From the IMG/VR virus record IMGVR_UViG_3300038701_001470, positions 1,970 to 65,969 of that record: 64,000 nt of DNA; one strand, 5' to 3'. Positions within the stretch are counted from its first letter, which is position 1; every line of letters starts with the position of its first letter. Source of the DNA: a virus. Below, one piece after another: positions 53,891-62,436 of this stretch. The notes below the pieces were generated by a model, which had not been told where the DNA came from, did no database searches, and saw only the letters and a list, made by a program, of their open reading frames with translations. The translations under genes and the position numbers were made by a program.

Positions 53891-54078
53891 CCCAACATAT
53901 CGAGTTCGTCGTCGGCGCACTGGCGAGAGCAATGATCCATGTAGCAGGGCCAATAGATGAAAAGCTCTCTTCGAGATGGGTTCTTCTTCTCGACCAAGTA
54001 AGGCCAAGGGAGTCCGGCCCAAAAGGGCTTCCCACACATGCAGCATCGTTGGACTGGAAACCAAGACGGTATTCTCAT
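53887..54078 (-). CDS. small hypothetical protein
   Basis: CCMC and HCSRQC; coupled on both sides. Confidence 0.5.
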   Translation of the reverse strand: MRIPSWFPVQRCCMCGKPFWAGLPWPYLVEKKNPSRRELFIYWPCYMDHCSRQCADDELDMLG

Positions 54079-54998
54079 CCTTCGAGCTCCTTTCTGAGTT
54101 CAGAGCTTTCGGCTTTCAGCTCACGCTGAGTCGAAGGTGGGAGATTCCAGAATGAGTTCGGAATCTTCGCCTCGGGATACTTCGCCTTCATGATCGCCTT
54201 CCAGTCGGTAGCCGGCTCTTTCTTCGAGACGGTGTTCGCCGGGGGCGGGGTATCGGGCGTCTGATCGAGCCGGATCTTCTTCGCCATCGTGAAGTTCAGT
54301 CCTTTCATGCCGTTGGCGATCGAGTAATTTATCGCGTTCACGATGTCGTCGGGATGATGCTGTTCGCACTCGGAATTGAGTTGCTGCCACATCGGAACCT
54401 CAAGCGGATCCCCGATCGTCATTCGATGATCCCACCATTTCATGAGCGCATCGAACACTTCTTGAACCGTCCGGAACTTGCATGTCGAGACACACTGCTC
54501 ACGGATGGCCGTCCAATCTTTCGTCGCGTGTCTCAAGTCCTCGCGAGAAGCGGTTGGCAGTTCACCGGCCACTGAGGGAGTATCCATGTCAGGAATCTCT
54601 CGCAGCATTGCCATGAAAGCGTCCACACTCATGAATCGTTCTTGCTGAGCTTTCATCAGCTTCACGATTTGAGTGTGAGCCCTGTTCTTCGGGTTGATCG
54701 GCCAGTTGCTCTGCACTCTCACGAAGTTCGGGAGCCAGATCCAAAGCCCGTTCACGAGAACGGAATAGGTTCCATCCCCTTTAACCTGGGAGAGTTCAGC
54801 GAGCGGTTCTTTCACCGAACTGAGGCCGGTATGGAAACACCAGAGACGAAGATTCATTTCGATGAAGCCGGCATTGTCGACCGCATCGCAGAGATAATGG
54901 AAAAGCAACTTGGCTTCTACGGAGAGTTCGCAGAACCAAGGATCTTCCCATTTGCGCGTTTCGGTGTGACGGATCATTTCGTGGATAGTGCTTTGCAT
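54075..54998 (-). CDS. replication initiator/replisome organiser-like protein
   Basis: KWEDPWF..LS.EAKLLF.YL...DNAG winged-helix N-terminus; C-terminal helical domain. Confidence 0.65.
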   Translation of the reverse strand: MQSTIHEMIRHTETRKWEDPWFCELSVEAKLLFHYLCDAVDNAGFIEMNLRLWCFHTGLSSVKEPLAELSQVKGDGTYSVLVNGLWIWLPNFVRVQSNWPINPKNRAHTQIVKLMKAQQERFMSVDAFMAMLREIPDMDTPSVAGELPTASREDLRHATKDWTAIREQCVSTCKFRTVQEVFDALMKWWDHRMTIGDPLEVPMWQQLNSECEQHHPDDIVNAINYSIANGMKGLNFTMAKKIRLDQTPDTPPPANTVSKKEPATDWKAIMKAKYPEAKIPNSFWNLPPSTQRELKAESSELRKELEG

Positions 54999-55152
54999 TC
55001 GCTGATTCTGTTGAAGTCAGATGAGACTTGCTCTCCCGTTTTCCCCCAAAGAAAACTCAGGAACTCGAGGCAGAAGAGAAGAGTTCTCGGATCTACCGTT
55101 TGATCGGCGAGCCACTGGAGGGCGGGCCGGTATCCTACTGATTGCCCCTTTT

Positions 55153-55356
55153 TCATTTCAGAAACCAGCTGGCGATCATTCCTCCGACGAAGCCGGCAAC
55201 GCCACCCACGACAAGGGCGCGTTGCTCAGCATCTTCCAGAGTTGAGTAGAATTTAGAGAAGGTTTCGGTACCGGCATCGATCGATACGCTCAGCAACCAG
55301 AAGATCAGGCCAAGGCAGGCCACGATGAAGATGACGAGGTAGGCAACTTTCATCAC
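55153..55356 (-). CDS. small membrane protein
   Basis: Two hydrophobic segments. Confidence 0.55.
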   Translation of the reverse strand: MMKVAYLVIFIVACLGLIFWLLSVSIDAGTETFSKFYSTLEDAEQRALVVGGVAGFVGGMIASWFLK

Positions 55357-56222
55357 TTGTAGATCTCCAATGGTTCGAGGGTTTCAGTGTGAGAAGGCCA
55401 GTGATCGTCGGCGAGGCACCGGCAATACCGCTTGAGCATGTCGAGGTATCCCTCGATGACTCCCCACTTCTCACGACGGCCGTTTCGCCCTACCTCGATG
55501 TCGGATGGCTCGAGATAGTATGACGCCACCGAAAACGGAGAGCTGTTCGACTGCACGATGAACGCGAAGTTGTCACGGGCCTCGAAGCACTCGCGGTAGC
55601 CGTCCAAGTAGAAAGCGGCCTGAATGTCGTAGCGGAGATATTTCGCCGACATGCGGAATTTGTGTTTCCGGGGATCCCGGCTCGTCTTGAAGTCGGCGAG
55701 GTATGGATCGTCGATTCCAGCGCCGTCGATGAGGCACTTCAACGGGACGGTAATACCGGTGTCTTCGTCGAAGTATTCCCACTGGCAAAACACCTGCTTG
55801 TCAGCATTCCCGAAGATGGCTTGAGCCTCGTCGTTCTCGAGAAGAACAGCCAGTGCCTTCTTCGCCATGTTGAGTTGGAAATCGTTCACGACTTCCTTCC
55901 CTGATGCCTCGGCTTCCTTCATCCAGTTCTTACACCAGTTGGAATTCCCGCTCCAAGGCTTCTTCAAATCTGGATTCGCCTTCGTTGGCGCCGGATAGGT
56001 TTTCGGGCGTAGAGTGTAGCGGTTGCTGAACTCATCGGGAGTGAGGAACATCACATCGACGAGACTCCCCCACTCGGTTGAGGGGCTTCCGTCAAAGGAC
56101 TTCCCCTGTCTCCATTCCCAAGGGCAGTCACCAAAGGTAACGAGCTCTGTTCGGGACATGATGTATTCGGGGTTACCGCGGGGAATGTCAGCTCCCAATC
56201 CAAAGTATTCTTGATCTTTCAT
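55353..56222 (-). CDS. PD-(D/E)XK exonuclease (RecE/ExoVIII, DUF3799-like)
   Basis: KCLIDG...ADFKTS, YDIQAAFYLDG; start moved to ATG 56222 because the track extension covers the tRNA-like element. Confidence 0.85.
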   Translation of the reverse strand: MKDQEYFGLGADIPRGNPEYIMSRTELVTFGDCPWEWRQGKSFDGSPSTEWGSLVDVMFLTPDEFSNRYTLRPKTYPAPTKANPDLKKPWSGNSNWCKNWMKEAEASGKEVVNDFQLNMAKKALAVLLENDEAQAIFGNADKQVFCQWEYFDEDTGITVPLKCLIDGAGIDDPYLADFKTSRDPRKHKFRMSAKYLRYDIQAAFYLDGYRECFEARDNFAFIVQSNSSPFSVASYYLEPSDIEVGRNGRREKWGVIEGYLDMLKRYCRCLADDHWPSHTETLEPLEIYK

Positions 56223-56233
56223 AGTAAATAAGG

Positions 56234-56333
56234 AGAGGCGAGATGGAGTTGAACCATCCTGATCCGTTGGGTACCCCGGATCATTCTCCCGGTCGGGTTG
56301 CAATCCCCGCCATAGCCGCTACCGGCCCGCCTC
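56234..56333 (-). tRNA. tRNA(Cys)-like RNA with degenerate anticodon arm and enlarged structured variable region; no encoded CCA
   Basis: Acceptor GAGGCGG/TCGCCTC, discriminator U; D-loop AGCGGCTA; GGGGA-TTGCAA-CCC; extra stem TGATCCG/CGGATCA; T-arm GATGG-TTCAACT-CCATC. Confidence 0.6.
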
Positions 56334-56346
56334 GTTTGGGTTGAAA

Positions 56347-57396
56347 TTACTCAGCGTCGTTCTCGCGAACTTGCTCAACGACTCCCATGAAGGTATCGAA
56401 GTCCTCAAGGATGACAGTCATCTTGTCCTCGGGGATAAGCTCGATCGACTCAGGACTTCCGAAACCGAGAAGCTTCGCAGCTTCGACCGCTTCGTACGGC
56501 TCAACCTTCTCATCCACGAGCTTCTTGCGAAGCGCGGCCAGTGTCGGCTCTTCCGGATCCGCGGATTCTTCCTTTGCCGGCGTAGCTTTGGCCTCTTCTT
56601 TGGGAGGGGCCTCTTCTTTCGCTTCGGGCTTTGGAGTCGCCTCGGGTTTGGCCTCGGGCTCAGAATCGGCGGGCTTGGCCTCATCCATGGGGATCTCGTC
56701 GGCATCGGGCTCAGTTGCCCGGGTTTTCTTTTCGAGAGATTTAGCCTGGGTGGTTTTACCCTTGCCTTTCGACGGGAATCCGGATGGACGGTTCGAGTCG
56801 TCTGTCACATCGGAGACATCGGCTTGGATCGCTGCGAACTTCTCGGCATCCTCTTCGTCGTAGATTCCGCTGATACCAAAAGCGACACGGCCACACTGCA
56901 TGATCGTCTTGTGACGAAGCATTCGGTGTTTCATCTTCCACGGTTCGGTGGGACGATAACACTCTTCGAGGTACTCAGTGATGACAGTCGGATAGTCGCG
57001 ATCCTTCACATGAATGGTGCAGGTGCAGGAAACGAGTTCACCATCGGCATCGAAGTTGTCGACGGTTTCGAGGCCGTTGAACTTCTCCTGACGATTGATG
57101 ATGTTGAGCCAGCCATCGACACCGACAACCGGAACGATGCCCCCGCCTTTTGCGGGGAAGGCATACATTTCGCGGAGAAGCGGGTTGAGTTGGTACTCGT
57201 TGGCGACGACGACGAGAGCGAGCATTTCCTCTTCGGAACGGCACTCTTTGAAAACGGTAGTTTGAAGCGTCTTGAGGAGCTTCTTCGGATCGACACTGAG
57301 GCGGCGAGCCATCACTGCGAGCGCACTCGGCTTTTGCCCTGGGGCTTGCTGAGTTGCTGGAGCTTGAGTCGGGGCCTCTTGGATTGCTGTGGTCAT
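56347..57396 (-). CDS. bet: single-strand annealing recombinase (Bet/RecT family)
   Basis: YQLNPLLREMYAF, PVVGVDGW..IIN, EYLEEC, PW..KHRMLRHK...QCGRVAFG. Confidence 0.92.
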   Translation of the reverse strand: MTTAIQEAPTQAPATQQAPGQKPSALAVMARRLSVDPKKLLKTLQTTVFKECRSEEEMLALVVVANEYQLNPLLREMYAFPAKGGGIVPVVGVDGWLNIINRQEKFNGLETVDNFDADGELVSCTCTIHVKDRDYPTVITEYLEECYRPTEPWKMKHRMLRHKTIMQCGRVAFGISGIYDEEDAEKFAAIQADVSDVTDDSNRPSGFPSKGKGKTTQAKSLEKKTRATEPDADEIPMDEAKPADSEPEAKPEATPKPEAKEEAPPKEEAKATPAKEESADPEEPTLAALRKKLVDEKVEPYEAVEAAKLLGFGSPESIELIPEDKMTVILEDFDTFMGVVEQVRENDAE

Positions 57397-57471
57397 ATTT
57401 ACGGTATGGGTATTTGGATTTCTGATTGTGCGGGCCTCTCACCCGCTCGCTGGATTGCCAGTTCTTTGAGA

Positions 57472-57984
57472 TTAGTCTTCGGAGTCTTCGCCTTGCTCTT
57501 CCTCCTGGGGTTCCTCGGCATCATCGCCGGCGTCAAGATCGAGCATCGACTGATTGCGCTCGCCTCGGACGTAGCGTTCAGCCTCGTCGATCAGATCGTC
57601 GATCGCTTCGAGAGCCTTGTCGGTGAGAACATCATCGCCCTCGGCATCTTCCGAAATGACGCCATCGGGCTTCTTCGGTGTGGAGATGTTGAAGGGAGAG
57701 TTCGAGTCGACGAGCTCTTTCTTTGCCTTGAGGATGATCTTCCGGATCCCGCTGGACTCAGTGATCGACAGGCCAGTGACCGTCATTGCATCGCCGTAGT
57801 CGGATGGGAGCTGCAGGATCTCAAGAATGTGAGGTTCGAGGCCCTGCAAGGCAGTGTTGAATTCAGGCCGCGGAGCTTCTTTCGACTCCAGCTTGAACTT
57901 GTCTTGGTCATCAGGGCGAGAAGGGTTCGCCTTCTTGTATTCGATGGTGATTTTCTCACCTGATTTCTGGATCTTTGTGATCAT
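57472..57984 (-). CDS. hypothetical protein
   Basis: 170 aa, acidic C-terminus. Confidence 0.65.
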   Translation of the reverse strand: MITKIQKSGEKITIEYKKANPSRPDDQDKFKLESKEAPRPEFNTALQGLEPHILEILQLPSDYGDAMTVTGLSITESSGIRKIILKAKKELVDSNSPFNISTPKKPDGVISEDAEGDDVLTDKALEAIDDLIDEAERYVRGERNQSMLDLDAGDDAEEPQEEEQGEDSED

Positions 57985-58601
57985 AGTATCTCTTCAGCAG
58001 TGTGTTGTACTTGGGTTTGGTTCATGAACTCACTGACTGAGCGAGTTCGGAATTTGATCGTCCGCGGTGTCTGTTTCACATCTGTCTTGAGAAACCGATT
58101 CGGAGTGAAAGTGTGATCGAAAAGGCTGGCAGGATTGGGGCCTACCTTCACGATGTTTGTGAAGATACCGTATCGCTGGTAAGCCCACATGATATTGATT
58201 CTGGCCTCTCCCATCTTGGTTCCGAAGCCTCCCCGCGGATTATACATCGCCGGTTTGACTTCCACCCATGACTTCACAGTCCATGTCCCATCCTCATTCG
58301 GGAAGCGGTGTGCGATGAGACGGCCCTTTGGCATTCGCCCGGAATATCGGACTCCCCCCTCCTGCATGAAGAGGCCATCGGCGAGCGGTTCATTCCACTC
58401 AAGAACGAAGTCCGGAGTGTAAATGTGCTTCTGGAAGATCGTCTGATTCTTCCGCCTCCCGTTGTCCTCGGCGAAAGGCTGAATGATGCTGTCAGAAAGG
58501 TCGAAGGGTTCAGCCCTCTCGTATCCAAGTAACACCTGGCACGCTACCAATTCCTCAGCCCACCACTGGAAATAATTCTCTTCCTTGGAATCGGTTTTCA
58601 T
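57981..58601 (-). CDS. putative PD-(D/E)XK nuclease
   Basis: YTPDF...WVEVK motif; start moved to ATG 58601. Confidence 0.6.
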   Translation of the reverse strand: MKTDSKEENYFQWWAEELVACQVLLGYERAEPFDLSDSIIQPFAEDNGRRKNQTIFQKHIYTPDFVLEWNEPLADGLFMQEGGVRYSGRMPKGRLIAHRFPNEDGTWTVKSWVEVKPAMYNPRGGFGTKMGEARINIMWAYQRYGIFTNIVKVGPNPASLFDHTFTPNRFLKTDVKQTPRTIKFRTRSVSEFMNQTQVQHTAEEIL

Positions 58602-59311
58602 GAGGCCATTGATTCCATGATCTTCTTCCGGATGCGATCGATCTCGGCTGTCTTCTTCATGAACTCGAGCTTTCGCTGTTCGTCCCATTTCAGAATCTCA
58701 TCCTCCCCGCCGACTTGCTTCTCCCATCGCTGGAAGTTGATCGAGATGTTCTCGATAGTCATCAGTCCACCGGACTGGCGACCGGACTGCTTCTCGGAGA
58801 TGTTACTCTTGATGACCTTCCCTGCATCCATCGACGCTTTGAGTTCTACGGAAGAAAGCCCCTGTTCCGTGGCCGTCTTGAGCCAGTGCCGTTGCTGAAC
58901 GGTGTCATTCGGGAACTTCTTCGAGGCAACATAGTAATGCTCCGAAGTGAGCTCGCAGAACTCGTCTCGCAGACAAAAGGGAACGGCGCTGATTTGCTTC
59001 GCCCTTGAAACGTCGGCAAACTCGAACTCTTCCTGCTCAAGAGCGGAGTCGACCGAAGCCTCTCCAAACTTGTTCTTTCCGAAACCGATCACATCGGCGA
59101 GAGCCGCGTGGTAGGTCGTTTTGATCCTGCGAAGTCCGACGAGAAGGCTTCGCCATTCGTCAAAAGTCAGGTCGGTTGATATTTCAATCCCTCCCCGGGT
59201 CAGATTGATCCCGGGTATCATCTGTATCGTCTGATTCTTCATCAGACTTCCATTTTCTGTTTCTCCAGTGGTCTTCATTGGCGCTTTGTCGGTAGTTTTC
59301 ACATGCGTCAT
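58598..59311 (-). CDS. LmbU-like DNA-binding protein
   Basis: GIEI..DLTFDEW...L......LADVI.FG...F...LTSEHYYVA.....QQRHWL..A....LS..EL follows the LmbU-family pattern as I recall it; true start probably downstream of 59311. Confidence 0.55.
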   Translation of the reverse strand: MTHVKTTDKAPMKTTGETENGSLMKNQTIQMIPGINLTRGGIEISTDLTFDEWRSLLVGLRRIKTTYHAALADVIGFGKNKFGEASVDSALEQEEFEFADVSRAKQISAVPFCLRDEFCELTSEHYYVASKKFPNDTVQQRHWLKTATEQGLSSVELKASMDAGKVIKSNISEKQSGRQSGGLMTIENISINFQRWEKQVGGEDEILKWDEQRKLEFMKKTAEIDRIRKKIMESMAS

Positions 59312-59999
59312 CTGACTTCATGTGAGAATTGGTTGGTAGATCAAGAACTTCTTTCCAGTGTCGGACTGACTTGGAAATCGCAGCCCTTGTCACACCGATC
59401 TTTCGACCGTACGCAGCTTGTGATTTCAGACCATTGAGCGCGGCGAGGTTTGCGGCGAATGCTAATCCCCCCGCTGCGATCTTGGCGTTCGGAGCTTCGA
59501 GAAAGGTAGCGACCACAGCCTGCAGCTGATTCGACACCCTTCTCTCGACCAGTTTCGAGACCTTCTCTTCGATCATTTCCTCGAGGATCTCGGCATCGGA
59601 TTCCGTGAGGCCGAATTGCTCTTCCAGCTTCTTCGTTTCCGATTCGATGATGCTCGCTGCTTCGCAACGTGACAGGTTTGATTCCGCCATGTCGCTCTCT
59701 GAGCGGTTCGACTCTACGTGGTCGTTGTCGCCGGCATTGAATCTCCGATTCGGAAGATCGACAATTCCGGCCTCCCTGAGAGTCTGTTGAGTTGACTCGT
59801 CGGAAGTGTGATAGAAGGCCCGATACAGGATAGAGATTTTCTCTTCCTTGATCTTGTCTTCGCTCCATCCCTTCTCTCGAAGCGCTGCTACACGTTGTTC
59901 GATTGAGGGCCAGTCCAGGTCGTTGTCGGCGAGTCGTTCCTGCGACTCTGCCGGCAACGTACGGAACCATTCTGGGTACGTGGCGTACGTGAAATCCAT
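59184..59999 (-). CDS. hypothetical protein with C-terminal HTH
   Basis: SQAAYGRKIGVTRAAISKSV helix-turn-helix. Confidence 0.65.
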   Translation of the reverse strand: MDFTYATYPEWFRTLPAESQERLADNDLDWPSIEQRVAALREKGWSEDKIKEEKISILYRAFYHTSDESTQQTLREAGIVDLPNRRFNAGDNDHVESNRSESDMAESNLSRCEAASIIESETKKLEEQFGLTESDAEILEEMIEEKVSKLVERRVSNQLQAVVATFLEAPNAKIAAGGLAFAANLAALNGLKSQAAYGRKIGVTRAAISKSVRHWKEVLDLPTNSHMKSDDACENYRQSANEDHWRNRKWKSDEESDDTDDTRDQSDPGRD

Positions 60000-60008
60000 T
60001 TATGGCCG

Positions 60009-60350
60009 TCATACTACCCCCTTTCCTGTCGAAATATCTAACTTTTTTTGAATCTCCAGATCCATTGAAGAAGTCTCAGTGCCTTCCGGAATCTTTGCGA
60101 ACACCTCAGCGTAGTCCGATCGTAGGACAGAAATCTGGAAAACGACGGCGCCATGAGCTTCCATGATCGAGGCCAGTTCGAGATGATCGCCCTCGTTGCA
60201 GTAGCGCGAAATCACTGTCTTTGATCGTGAGAACTGGCGGAAAACAGCCTCTTTCGCGAGAGTCGCGAGAGGAACCGTGCCTCGCTCATTGCTGATGCGC
60301 TCAAGAGTTTTGCGGACATCTTCGCCGCGCAGCATGATGGGAGTACTCAT
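60009..60350 (-). CDS. hypothetical protein
   Basis: Start moved to ATG 60350 (ATGA overlap). Confidence 0.5.
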   Translation of the reverse strand: MSTPIMLRGEDVRKTLERISNERGTVPLATLAKEAVFRQFSRSKTVISRYCNEGDHLELASIMEAHGAVVFQISVLRSDYAEVFAKIPEGTETSSMDLEIQKKLDISTGKGVV

Positions 60351-60745
60351 TCTTCGTCGACTCGGGTTGCACAGTAGATCCCGTTGAACCAAGCGATCTC
60401 AGTGATTCGATGCGCGAACTCTTCCATGTCCTCATTCTCTTTCGGGGCCATCGCTGAACCCTCGTTGTCCCACCAAGTTTGATAGTCCTGTTTGGCCTGA
60501 TAGACGGCGGAATTATCCCGACGCTTCTTCGACCATTTGAACGTCTGCTTGATGAACTGGTAGATTGCGATCCCCCAAATGAACGGGCCAGCGATGATCA
60601 TGACGATCAGGTGAACCCAAACCCAACGGCGAATGTGCTTCGCGATCAGGAAGTAGATCAGGAATCCGGCGAATGACCAGATGGTGAAGAGGGGGTAGTC
60701 CCGGGCGTGTTCGATGTGAAAGCGGATGGTTTCTTCCAAGTGCAT
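60347..60745 (-). CDS. membrane-associated hypothetical protein
   Basis: Two hydrophobic segments; start moved to ATG 60745. Confidence 0.5.
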   Translation of the reverse strand: MHLEETIRFHIEHARDYPLFTIWSFAGFLIYFLIAKHIRRWVWVHLIVMIIAGPFIWGIAIYQFIKQTFKWSKKRRDNSAVYQAKQDYQTWWDNEGSAMAPKENEDMEEFAHRITEIAWFNGIYCATRVDEE

Positions 60746-60866
60746 AGTGGTTTTCCGTTGATGTAGGCGTGGTAGTTTTGGCACACTCCCATTTCTTTGA
60801 GAACGTGGCCGTTGCATTCAGGGCAACGCTCGGTTTCGCCGGCGCGTTGGCTTTTCCAGTTCCCGC

Positions 60867-61313
60867 TCATTCGAGCATGAGCGGTGCACTCCCTTTTGCT
60901 TCGAGCATGGGAATGATTTGGGATCCAACGGTCTGGCCGTTGGCAGAGATGATGTGAGCAAGGAACTCCTGTTCAAAGGTGACGATCCCGCACTCAACGG
61001 CTTCGAGCTTGGCCTTGATCACGAGATAGAGGGCTCTCCATCGCTGGCGTCCAGCCTGTTCCCATGCCTGATGTTGAGCATCGGCCGTTCTTCGGTTCCC
61101 GCGGGAGGGAGTGTGAGTGAACTCGCGATCGTTCTTGTCCGGCATCGGAAGAACGAACTTCACGGACTTGTTTCTGACCTCGAACGCGATCATCGCATTC
61201 TCGTCATCCCATCCGGACATGAACTTTGAGGCACCGTATTTGAGTAGGCAGTCCTCGATTTCTGCTTTCGATTTTGCGATCGAAACCGACGTGTCTTTTG
61301 CGTATTGGCCCAT
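60867..61313 (-). CDS. conserved phage hypothetical protein
   Basis: YA..TSVS..KSKAEIE..L.KYGA...WRALYLVIKAKLEAVE.GI.TFEQEFLAHI. Confidence 0.75.
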   Translation of the reverse strand: MGQYAKDTSVSIAKSKAEIEDCLLKYGASKFMSGWDDENAMIAFEVRNKSVKFVLPMPDKNDREFTHTPSRGNRRTADAQHQAWEQAGRQRWRALYLVIKAKLEAVECGIVTFEQEFLAHIISANGQTVGSQIIPMLEAKGSAPLMLE

Positions 61314-61316
61314 AAC

Positions 61317-61550
61317 TTAGATTGAGAATATTTCACCCAGGAGCGTAGCGGAGTTGAATCCCTCACGGATTCCCTGCTTCTCCATCTGCTTCCACATTCC
61401 TCGATCGACAGCCCACCAAGCCGTGCGCTGGTGTTCGTGTTCTGCTTTCGGATCTCGGGCGTAGATGATGGGAGCGCCCTCACGGGTCTTGCCCCACTTC
61501 GCCTCGAGTCCGCTCTCTCTGAGTGTTCCCACTCGGTATTGGAGCGCCAT
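61317..61550 (-). CDS. small hypothetical protein
   Basis: 77-aa ORF in operon order. Confidence 0.55.
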   Translation of the reverse strand: MALQYRVGTLRESGLEAKWGKTREGAPIIYARDPKAEHEHQRTAWWAVDRGMWKQMEKQGIREGFNSATLLGEIFSI

Positions 61551-61554
61551 CGAA

Positions 61555-61716
61555 TCAGTCGGATGAGCCGGCGAGAGCTACGCCAGCGACGATGAAACAG
61601 GCGATGGCGAGTCCGATGAGAGCTACGCCTTCTGGAAGGTTGAACCGGTTCTGAACGACAAGTTCGTCCGGTGTGGATGGATCGTCGTTCTCGACGAGAA
61701 AGATGTCAGTCTTCAT
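61555..61716 (-). CDS. small membrane protein (53 aa; not in ORF track)
   Basis: MKTDIFLVENDD...GVALIGLAIACFIVAGVALAGSSD; first gene after promoter at 61771-61798. Confidence 0.5.
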   Translation of the reverse strand: MKTDIFLVENDDPSTPDELVVQNRFNLPEGVALIGLAIACFIVAGVALAGSSD

Positions 61717-61770
61717 TGCTTTGTGAGTTTGATTTGAGAAAAAGGGAGATTGCGTATCCCTGAGATGACT

Positions 61771-61798
61771 AAGCTATCACAGAGATAGCAATATTCAA
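61771..61798 (-). promoter_or_regulatory. sigma70-like promoter with operator-like inverted repeat in the spacer
   Basis: TTGAAT-N16-TAGCTT on - strand; GCTATC-N5-GATAGC at 61773-61789. Confidence 0.5.
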
Positions 61799-61801
61799 CA
61801 T

Positions 61802-62353
61802 CTATTTCACATTTTTTTTCATGAGTGATTCTACATCAGAACCGATTTCCCTGTCACTGAGTCGATTGAACCGGCCCCAAAGGGTTTTCGGGATCCGGCA
61901 GTAGAGCGAGAGTCGCTGTTCGATCGCCAGCTTCCAGAATCCATCGAGAACACCGGAGGCCCGATCGAGCCAGTTGAGATGAGCGTCGGCAGAGTGCTTC
62001 GCGGAGATGCGAAATCCCTTCCCCTTCCCTCGCCGGCTCGGATGGTGAATCTTCTCGATGAGTCGAATGTAGGACATGAGGGCCGCTGCGAGTTGATCCT
62101 CGCGGGAAGCATGAGGGCACTCGAAGAAAGTGTCGGCGATGCTGTTGATCCAGCGATCGTTCCAAGTGAGAAGCGATTCCGTGTGTGATTCGGTAAGATC
62201 AACGAACTGATCGTATTCGCTCGCAGTCAGGCCCCGGCGTCGGGAGGCGAGTATCAGGAAGAGAACTTCATGCTCCCAGGTCGAAAGTGCTTCGAGCGGC
62301 CGCCCGTCCTCGTAGTGCTTTTTGATTCGGGCGATTTCTTCGTCGGGATTCAT
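61802..62353 (-). CDS. hypothetical protein
   Basis: Start moved to ATG 62353, directly after a palindrome copy. Confidence 0.65.
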   Translation of the reverse strand: MNPDEEIARIKKHYEDGRPLEALSTWEHEVLFLILASRRRGLTASEYDQFVDLTESHTESLLTWNDRWINSIADTFFECPHASREDQLAAALMSYIRLIEKIHHPSRRGKGKGFRISAKHSADAHLNWLDRASGVLDGFWKLAIEQRLSLYCRIPKTLWGRFNRLSDREIGSDVESLMKKNVK

Positions 62354-62356
62354 GAT

Positions 62357-62372
62357 TTCCTTACGTAAGGAG
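62357..62372. repeat. dispersed palindrome copy
   Basis: TTCCTTACGTAAGGAG. Confidence 0.95.
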
Positions 62373-62381
62373 AATGTGCAC

Positions 62382-62417
62382 AAAAAAGCCCATCTCAACG
62401 AGCGTCAAGATGGGCTT
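62382..62417 (-). terminator. intrinsic terminator
   Basis: AAGCCCATCT/AGATGGGCTT stem with A6 on the left. Confidence 0.7.
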
Positions 62418-62436
62418 CTGAAATTGGTTAGGTGAA

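Noticed and set aside
56341-57963. 540-aa ORF on the + strand
   Set aside because: Antisense shadow of bet and the neighbouring gene; no start context and no recognisable motifs. The same applies to 7781-8566, 8775-9752 and 44479-45390.
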